Shown: in pieces, positions 4,234 through 9,727 of the stretch
Layout: the number at the start of each line of letters is the position of its first letter
Position numbering within the stretch: the first letter of the stretch is position 1
DNA from: PVC group bacterium
GTDB taxonomy: Bacteria; GCA-001730085; JADFSZ01
DNA: 9,727 nt
Assembly (NCBI GenBank): GCA_022560555.1
Contig: JADFSZ010000052.1
Span: forward strand, 1-9,727
Direction of reading: 5' to 3'
Made by a program: the position numbers and the translations under genes
Notes under the pieces: model-generated
What the model was told of the DNA's origin: nothing
Seen by the model: only the letters and a program-made list of their open reading frames with translations
Databases searched by the model: none

Positions 4234-5853
4234 TTAGCTCTTACGAGCACGTCTTTTTTTGGATTTTGCCCTTTTCTTTTTTTCCTTTTCACCCTTGTTA
4301 CTACGCTCTTTTTCGAGTTCCCTAAGGGTTCGAGGGAGGAATAGTTTACGGGCCTCAGCTTCCGTGCGGGATGCTCTGGCTATGCTCGGCGTTAAAAATA
4401 TAAGAAGCTCTTTCGCATCTTCCCGTTTGGTTGTCTTTTTAAATAAATATCCCAAGACAGGAATATCTCCAAGGAGGGGAACCTTACTCTCAAAATCAAC
4501 GGTTGTTCTTGAAATCAAACCGCCGATCAGCAATGTGTGCCCGTTCGGCACGATAACTTCCGTGGTAGCTTCACGGACCGTAAAAATCGGGATTTCCGCC
4601 GTAGACCCGCCGCTCGGGAACGTCGCGGTTCCAATATTTTCCCGTACTCGGGGATGCACTTTCAATGTAATAAATTCATCCCTATTAATCTGCGGTGTCA
4701 CCTCGAGTTCGACTCCGGATTCTTCATACGTAAACCCTGTAATCTCCCATGCCCCGGTGTCGGAATTAAATGAATAAGCCGGAACAGGATCCTGACGTCC
4801 GACTATGATGCTTGCGGTTTTATTATCCAGGGTTGTTATTGTCGGATTGGACAAAATTCTTGACCCTGTATTTGTTTTAAGGATTTCCAATGTCGCGGCA
4901 AAATCTGATGCATCCAACGTGCCGAACGCAAACCCTCCGAATGCATTCGTTGTCGTAGTCGTGCTCGCGGGCATGCGCGAGGTTCCACCCCCTTCATTTG
5001 TGGCAAACGCCGGCGCGGAGGCGGCCGGATCCCCTTTAGGAATCCAGCTCCAATTCAAACCCGTATTTGGGAAAGGGAATGTCCAAGGCACTTTCGTACC
5101 ACTCACCGTAGCTTTAAGTGTCCAGTCAATACCGAGGTTTTTATCATCATCTACTGTTGTCTCAATCAGCTTTGTCTCAATGACCACCTGTTTGGTTTCC
5201 GTATCTAATTGCTCTATAACGATCGCCAACCTCGAGAGACTTTCTGCCGTGTCACTGACAATAAGAACATTGCTTCTCGCGTCATATCGCATCGTTCCCC
5301 GATCAGATAACAGAGCGAGTATACCGCTGTTCGCATCCGTACCGCCGATCATTTCTCCGGCCGAGGCATAGACCAAAGGGAAAACCCGTGTCTTCAGACC
5401 TTCGACCTCTAACTTTTCCGGAGTCATGACACGATAAATATTTCCGTCTTTTTCGTAAACAAATCCGCCCGAACGGATAACCACATCAATAGCTTTTTCC
5501 CAAGGCACATCAATAAGGCGCATCGTTACTCGTCCCGCGACCTCTTGGTCAATCACAATATTCACTTTTCCTTTTATCGCGAGCAAATTCAAAACACCTT
5601 TGATCTCGGCATTTTGAAACTCCATTGTGATATTTCCGTCATTTACATTTCTTGAGGGGGGCTTTACAAGCGGAGCCGTTGTCGCAATCATTTCAGATGT
5701 CTTGATCCGCTGAAGAGCCTGCCCATCATTAGTTTCTCCCATGTTGTCATTCTCTTCAGCCCACGCAAAATCTGTCATTGCGAACAGCAACACAAAAGCT
5801 GTCCATACGCCAAACTTCATCCATAAACCGCGTTTTTCAGGCCTGTATCTCAT
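4234..5853 (-). CDS. pilQ: type IV pilus / competence secretin (PilQ-like), 539 aa
   Basis: Signal peptide ...FVLLFAMTDFAWA/EEN. One STN/N0-like module (ITMEFQNAEIKGVLNLLA...VNIVID) and one secretin N1-like module (RVFPLVYASAGEMI...NVLIVSDTAESLSRLAIVIEQLD). The C-terminal secretin domain carries the hallmark VPLLGDIPVLGYLFK. SD AAGGAGA lies 8 nt upstream of the ATG. It is the last gene of the pilMNO(P)Q order. Confidence 0.9.
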   Translation of the reverse strand: MRYRPEKRGLWMKFGVWTAFVLLFAMTDFAWAEENDNMGETNDGQALQRIKTSEMIATTAPLVKPPSRNVNDGNITMEFQNAEIKGVLNLLAIKGKVNIVIDQEVAGRVTMRLIDVPWEKAIDVVIRSGGFVYEKDGNIYRVMTPEKLEVEGLKTRVFPLVYASAGEMIGGTDANSGILALLSDRGTMRYDARSNVLIVSDTAESLSRLAIVIEQLDTETKQVVIETKLIETTVDDDKNLGIDWTLKATVSGTKVPWTFPFPNTGLNWSWIPKGDPAASAPAFATNEGGGTSRMPASTTTTTNAFGGFAFGTLDASDFAATLEILKTNTGSRILSNPTITTLDNKTASIIVGRQDPVPAYSFNSDTGAWEITGFTYEESGVELEVTPQINRDEFITLKVHPRVRENIGTATFPSGGSTAEIPIFTVREATTEVIVPNGHTLLIGGLISRTTVDFESKVPLLGDIPVLGYLFKKTTKREDAKELLIFLTPSIARASRTEAEARKLFLPRTLRELEKERSNKGEKEKKKRAKSKKRRARKS

Positions 5854-5878
5854 AATAAGCTGTCTCCTTCGCGAAAAG

Positions 5879-6376
5879 TTAATTTAGTTCGTTTTCTGAA
5901 TCCGATTCAAGCGCAAAACGGAACTCTTTATCTTTATAAAAAATCAGGACACTCCTTGGATCTATTTTCAGTATCTTCATGCTGTCATATTCCTCGTCTT
6001 CCCGGACGACTCGATCATTAATCAAAGCCATAGGTTCCACAGGATCCCAAACGATGCCGCCCAATTCCACATACAGCGTTACAAGATTACCCTCCGGGCT
6101 TTCCGTCGAGTCATCGTATTCATACAATCCGGGCATACTAAGGAGGGAGATAAACGGATCTCTCTTGCCCCTGGAATCATAGTAAAAAGATTCTTCGATC
6201 CCCTGTCCGGATTTCTCTAAAGGGGTGTTTTGAAGGCCCCCTGATGTTTCAGCTTGCTTAATATCTGTCGCGGCAATTCCGTAGATCGGAAAAAACAAAA
6301 TCAAGAAAATCGACGTAATAATTATACGCAATGACTGTTTTTGATGCTTACATTTTCTTTTGATAGATTTCATCAT
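5879..6376 (-). CDS. PilP-like pilus assembly protein (165 aa), called mainly by position
   Basis: It occupies the PilP slot between pilO and pilQ. The ATG abuts the pilO stop (TAAATG). The N-terminus has a basic region followed by a hydrophobic anchor or signal. The C-terminal segment LYVELGGIVWDPVEPMALINDRVVREDEEYDSMKILKIDPRSVLIFYKDKEFRF fits the PilP/GspC-HR beta-domain pattern (L-x-L-x-G-I...A-L-I-N...V-x-x-G/D...I-x-x-I...V-x-L). No lipobox cysteine follows the hydrophobic region. Confidence 0.55.
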   Translation of the reverse strand: MMKSIKRKCKHQKQSLRIIITSIFLILFFPIYGIAATDIKQAETSGGLQNTPLEKSGQGIEESFYYDSRGKRDPFISLLSMPGLYEYDDSTESPEGNLVTLYVELGGIVWDPVEPMALINDRVVREDEEYDSMKILKIDPRSVLIFYKDKEFRFALESDSENELN

Positions 6377-7018
6377 TTAACGCACCGTTGGATGAGTTGT
6401 TTTTGATGGATTGATACCGCCTTGACCAAGTTTACCCTCCGGCTTCGATTCCTTAAACGTATAGGTGCTCAGGGTCATTTCAGCTTTAGGTATCGGCAAC
6501 ACGTTTTCACGCTTTTGTGCGGCTGTCTCTTCAATATACAGCTTCATGGATTTTAATTCCACAAAACGTCCGAGCGATTCGATCTTATTAAGAAAAGACC
6601 CGATTTCGTGATATCCGCTTGTCACATCGACCCGCAATGGCCGCTCAAGGTACGTTATGTTTTTTCCCACTGTATGAGGAATTGTTTGCAGCGTTTCAAC
6701 TTTCGCAAACTTAATCCCGGCCTCTTCGGCCTTTTTATTGAATTCAGCGAGAAGAGCGGGAATATCTTTTGCTTGAGGGAGTTTTTTATTGTAACGGTCA
6801 AATTCCCGTTCGACTTCTGCAAGTTTTTTTTCGATTTCGTCCCTTTGCATCTTTAAAGACTCTGCTTCTTGAATGAGGCTCTTAAGTCCGGAAATCTTCT
6901 GATGCTTTGTCGAAAACCCTTTAAACATCGGGGCCATAATCAGATACCAATCCCCTATCAGGATCGCCACAATGAGAATCCCCCCTAGGATAACGAGATC
7001 TCTTTTTTGTTTTTCCAT
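6377..7018 (-). CDS. pilO: type IV pilus assembly protein PilO
   Basis: 213 aa with an N-terminal TM helix (LVILGGILIVAILIGDWYLIMAP), a coiled-coil segment and a C-terminal core containing RPLRVDVTSGYHEIGSFLNKIESLGRFVEL, which matches the PilO signature (G-x-Y-H-x-h-x-x-F-h-x-x-h-x-x-L-x-R-h-V). Its position after pilN supports the call. Confidence 0.8.
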   Translation of the reverse strand: MEKQKRDLVILGGILIVAILIGDWYLIMAPMFKGFSTKHQKISGLKSLIQEAESLKMQRDEIEKKLAEVEREFDRYNKKLPQAKDIPALLAEFNKKAEEAGIKFAKVETLQTIPHTVGKNITYLERPLRVDVTSGYHEIGSFLNKIESLGRFVELKSMKLYIEETAAQKRENVLPIPKAEMTLSTYTFKESKPEGKLGQGGINPSKTTHPTVR

Positions 7019-7032
7019 AAGCGGATGTTCTT

Positions 7033-7701
7033 TTAAATAATTCCGGGTTTAAATTTGGAACGGAGCTTAAATGTCATGTATTCGCGTCCGGATTCTTTTT
7101 CCTTTTCACGCTCCGTATTCACCAACTCAATATCTTCAAACAGCTCAAAGTAAACGTCGGACTTTTTAATGTTCGCGATAAAGTTTCCGACAAGGTACAG
7201 CATTTCCCTTCTTTCAAGAGAAATCACACCACCTTCATACTCTAAGACAAAATAGGTGATGGGGACAAGCTTTTCCATCGTGGTACCGTCGGGCATCTTG
7301 ACTTTTTGCATAACTTGTTCGGTCTTCGTTTTAATTTCATAATTCGTGAGCCAGACCTGGCCCGGGATTAAGTCAGAAAGCTGATTTAGTTTTTGGGCCC
7401 ACAAAACCCGGCTTTCGATTAAATCCAGGACAATATTCTTTTTCCGCATAAGAGTGTTCGTTCTTTCTTTGAGATACATAATCTGATCCGCTTCGGGCTT
7501 GAGCTCTAAATATTTGCTATCCAACGAGGAAAATCTCGAATTGAGAAAGACGTTATATCCAAAGAGAATGACATGTAAAAAAACAAAAACAGCCCCAACG
7601 CAAGCCACAACGGAAATGGCAACCACGTTTACTTTAAGAGAAATGGATCTTTTTTTTCGTGCTTTCTGTATTTCTTCGGGGAGCAGGTTTATTTGTATCA
7701 T
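7033..7701 (-). CDS. pilN: type IV pilus assembly protein PilN
   Basis: 222 aa. It has the canonical N-terminus MIQINLLPEE (the PilM-binding INLLP motif) followed by a single TM helix (VVAISVVACVGAVFVFLHVILF) and a periplasmic domain. It starts 8 nt after the pilM stop. Confidence 0.85.
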   Translation of the reverse strand: MIQINLLPEEIQKARKKRSISLKVNVVAISVVACVGAVFVFLHVILFGYNVFLNSRFSSLDSKYLELKPEADQIMYLKERTNTLMRKKNIVLDLIESRVLWAQKLNQLSDLIPGQVWLTNYEIKTKTEQVMQKVKMPDGTTMEKLVPITYFVLEYEGGVISLERREMLYLVGNFIANIKKSDVYFELFEDIELVNTEREKEKESGREYMTFKLRSKFKPGII

Positions 7702-7709
7702 AGTTTGTC

Positions 7710-8744
7710 TTACCTCAACGCCAATCCAACGGCAACGGGAAACATGCTGGAAAAAGATGAAATTTTTTCTTTTTGCGCTTCATTTACAAACGAAAAAGCA
7801 GCCAAAGAATCCCAGATTTGGACGGGAAGAGCAAGTTTTTCCTGAAGCTTATCGGAAAACCCCGCGAGTGACGCACAGCCGCCGGATAAATAGATCGTAT
7901 CAATGCCTTTTTCAACTTGATTTTCGTAGTAATCGAACGAAAGCTGGATTTCGTTGACAAGATTTTTTACAACATTTTCCATGGCTATCATCACTTCCGT
8001 TGCCTTATCCCCCGGATTTTGCTTGAGCTTTTCGGCGTCTTTGTAGCCTAATGAAAACTTCGATTGCACAGCCTTCGTAAGAGAATGACCGGCAATAGCA
8101 ATATCCCGCGAAAAATGAGACACACTGCCTTTTAGAATATTGATGTTCGTCATATTGGCACCGATATTAACCAAAGCGGATGTCATGTCCGCGGACGGTG
8201 AAGACTGATTCGCTTCGAATGAATTCACAAGAGCAAAAGAGTCCACATCAATAAGTTCCGGCTCTAAACCAACCGATTGAAGCAGTTTAATTCGATCATC
8301 GATAATATCCCGTTTAACAGCGACAAGAAGAACCCTCATCTTGCCGTCTTGAGACTTGTCTTGCCCATCCAAAACTTGAAAGTCCATAATCACCTCATTG
8401 AGGTTAAAGGGGATATGTCCTTCCGCTTCATATTTGATGGCACTTTTCAATTCGGTATGGTTCATTTTAGGCATGGATAAATAACGGACAATAACGGACT
8501 GGCCGGAAACGGCCGTTTTGGCCAATTTTCCTGAAAAGGAAATGGATTTTACGGCGTTCTCTAACGAACCGGCGAGGGCAGCGTTTTTTTCTTCTTCAGT
8601 GCGAGGAATAGCATCGGACTCAAATGAAGGGAAAAAACTAAAATCTTTAATGATGGTTTTATTATCGATTTTTTCGGACACAAGAACTTTGATGAAGCTG
8701 GAGCCGAGATCTATCGAAAGGGTTTCTATTATTTTTTTTGCCAT
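7710..8744 (-). CDS. pilM: type IV pilus assembly ATPase-fold protein PilM
   Basis: 344 aa, actin/FtsA-like. Phosphate-1-like SIDLGSSFIKVLV at the N-terminus, ALVNIGANMTNINIL and IYLSGGCASLAGF blocks, and a size and order typical of PilM. No obvious SD precedes the ATG. Confidence 0.9.
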   Translation of the reverse strand: MAKKIIETLSIDLGSSFIKVLVSEKIDNKTIIKDFSFFPSFESDAIPRTEEEKNAALAGSLENAVKSISFSGKLAKTAVSGQSVIVRYLSMPKMNHTELKSAIKYEAEGHIPFNLNEVIMDFQVLDGQDKSQDGKMRVLLVAVKRDIIDDRIKLLQSVGLEPELIDVDSFALVNSFEANQSSPSADMTSALVNIGANMTNINILKGSVSHFSRDIAIAGHSLTKAVQSKFSLGYKDAEKLKQNPGDKATEVMIAMENVVKNLVNEIQLSFDYYENQVEKGIDTIYLSGGCASLAGFSDKLQEKLALPVQIWDSLAAFSFVNEAQKEKISSFSSMFPVAVGLALR

Positions 8745-8786
8745 TTAAACATAAACATGTGAGAAGTTTCAGCTAATACTTAAGTA

Positions 8787-8815
8787 ACGTTATCACAATG
8801 GCTAAACGAAGTCAA
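8787..8815 (-). promoter_or_regulatory. candidate promoter upstream of pilM (TTGACT - 17 nt - TGaTAACGT)
   Basis: On the minus strand the -35 TTGACT is at 8815-8810, the spacer is 17 nt and the extended -10 TGA+TAACGT is at 8795-8787. The -10 hexamer matches the consensus at only 3 of 6 positions. Sequence match only. Confidence 0.3.
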
Positions 8816-8828
8816 CAACGTAAACCCG

Positions 8829-9173
8829 TTAACCCGGCGGCCACTCAAATGTCCGCCCTCCCAGGAGATGAAGATGAATGTGAAACACCGTCTGTCCTGC
8901 CTGTTCACGACAATTCCAAACCAAGCGATACCCGTTTTGAGCGATTTGATTCTCTTTGGCCAGACGGATGGCGGCCAAGGTAACCTTTCCGACCAAATGT
9001 GCGTCACCATCTTCAAGATCATCCAGAGTGGCTTTATGAACTTTAGGAACTACGAGTATGTGAACCGGAGATTGAGGATTAATGTCGTAAAACGCAACAA
9101 TATCTTCATCTTCGAAAATTTTCTGAGAAGGAATCTCGCCTTTAATGATTTTACAAAACAAGCATTCAGACAT
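8829..9173 (-). CDS. HIT-family (HinT-like) nucleotide hydrolase, 114 aa
   Basis: N-terminal CLFCKIIKGEIP, a central HILVVPKVH block and the histidine triad HIHLHLLGG near the C-terminus. Length is typical of the Hint branch. Confidence 0.92.
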   Translation of the reverse strand: MSECLFCKIIKGEIPSQKIFEDEDIVAFYDINPQSPVHILVVPKVHKATLDDLEDGDAHLVGKVTLAAIRLAKENQIAQNGYRLVWNCREQAGQTVFHIHLHLLGGRTFEWPPG

Positions 9174-9179
9174 AATATT

Positions 9180-9269
9180 TCAATAAATTCCTAGATACAC
9201 TTTGGCATCTTTGGCTCGTCCCCACTTGCCAATACACTGTTTAACACCATCAACATCAAAAATCAACAT
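9180..9269 (-). other. 29-codon ORF with HAD-superfamily motif I (possible gene remnant or small ORF)
   Basis: My hand translation of the minus strand gives MLIFDVDGVKQCIGKWGRAKDAKVYLGIY*. The first nine residues match HAD motif I (hhhhDxDG[TV]). The ORF fills most of the 113-nt comEC-HIT gap and stops 6 nt before the HIT ATG. It has no clear SD and is too short to be a functional HAD enzyme. Confidence 0.25.
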
Positions 9270-9286
9270 TTAATGAGATTCACCCA

Positions 9287-9727
9287 TTATTGTCTTTTAC
9301 CACGGAATATACGGCCTGATTTCTGAGCCGTGACAACAAACCCTCTTTTCGTGATTTCAATATCAATGGCTCCATCCAAGTCAGTACGAAATGTAATAAT
9401 CCCGTGTTCTTTTAATGAAGTCATCACAGAGGGGGAGGGATGTCCGTAAATATTGTTTTTACCAACGCTGATAATAGCCACCCGGGGCTGGACATATTCC
9501 AAAAACGCGGTTTGGGTTGATGTTTCAGATCCATGATGCGCGACCTTAAGAATATCACTTTTAAGACTGTCCCCATAAGTTTGACGGATACGATTTTCCG
9601 ATATTTTTTCGACATCCCCCGTCAGAAGAACACCTGTACCATGATAGTCCAATTTCAGAACAATGGAAATATCATTAAGATTGAGCCCCTTTAAATCTTC
9701 CGGAGGATTCAAACACAACGCGGTCAA
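9287..9727 (-). CDS. comEC: ComEC/Rec2 DNA internalization channel, C-terminal metallo-beta-lactamase-like domain (5'-truncated by the window edge)
   Basis: LKVAHHGSETS, VAIISVGKNNIYGHPSPSVMTSLKEHGIITFRTDLDGAIDIEI and YHGTGVLLTGD are the characteristic C-terminal blocks of ComEC. The ORF runs off the right edge, and the M in the ORF track is only the edge codon TTG. Confidence 0.85.
   Translation of the reverse strand: MTALCLNPPEDLKGLNLNDISIVLKLDYHGTGVLLTGDVEKISENRIRQTYGDSLKSDILKVAHHGSETSTQTAFLEYVQPRVAIISVGKNNIYGHPSPSVMTSLKEHGIITFRTDLDGAIDIEITKRGFVVTAQKSGRIFRGKRQ

Noticed and set aside
4135-4344. 69-aa + strand ORF spanning the pilQ-rng intergenic region and the pilQ 3' end
   Set aside because: Its hydrophobic Phe/Leu-rich C-terminus is the antisense image of the Lys-rich pilQ tail codons. 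It has a GTG start, no SD, and overlaps the terminator-like region.
4259-5371. Long + strand ORFs (172, 78 and 188 aa) antisense to pilQ
   Set aside because: They lie entirely inside the well-supported secretin gene. Their translations are low-complexity (Ser/Val/Ala-rich) with no recognisable motifs or RBS. They are best explained as shadow ORFs of the relatively GC-rich pilQ region.
8732-8739. A8/T8 homopolymer right after the pilM start codon (also T8 at 3501-3508, 6824-6831 and 7650-7657) as possible slipped-strand phase-variation switches
   Set aside because: All of these tracts simply encode Lys-Lys (AAA AAA) in an AT-rich genome and recur in housekeeping genes such as rng. A length of 8 is at the low end for phase variation, and nothing singles out the pilM tract.
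484-8748. Remaining short ORFs in the track (484..666, 2066..2266, 2310..2627, 3268..3564, 3837..4028, 5979..6182, 6608..6856, 7499..7957, 8277..8480, 8518..8748, 9424..9615)
   Set aside because: Each overlaps a strongly supported gene on the opposite strand or in another frame, and none has recognisable motifs or translation signals. I treat them as non-coding shadow ORFs.
8780-9194. ORFs of 61-108 aa on both strands overlapping the HIT gene
   Set aside because: The HIT-family frame carries the diagnostic HxHxHxx triad and CxxC-type N-terminus. The overlapping frames have no motifs and are shadow ORFs.

Overview
Moderately AT-rich bacterial chromosomal window from a diderm organism; I cannot assign the lineage from sequence alone. 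Nine of the eleven credible genes form one minus-strand run: comEC (3' part, cut by the right edge), a HIT-family hydrolase, pilM, pilN, pilO, a PilP-like gene, pilQ (secretin), an RNase G/E-family ribonuclease and ribosomal protein bL21. Directly downstream of rplU lies an IS701-like insertion sequence of about 1.37 kb. It carries one 429-aa DDE transposase on the + strand and has imperfect terminal inverted repeats. Beyond it are an orphan 127-aa multi-pass membrane protein (minus strand) and a GC-rich 48-51 nt segment at the left edge. That segment is either the end of an off-window CDS or a group II intron DV/DVI-like 3' terminus. I saw no rRNA, tRNA or CRISPR array. I found no convincing evidence of a wholly new multi-gene system. 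The points most worth a second look are: (1) physical linkage of comEC to a pilMNOPQ block whose secretin is short and ends in a strongly basic tail; (2) the IS sitting where rpmA normally follows rplU, with a fold-back/hybrid-promoter architecture at its left end and a marked C>G coding-strand skew; (3) a perfect 20-bp palindrome on the rplU stop codon; (4) a structured leader upstream of the RNase G gene; (5) a 29-codon ORF with a HAD motif I between comEC and the HIT gene; (6) the intron-like left edge. All functional calls rest on motifs read by eye and need HMM or BLAST confirmation.
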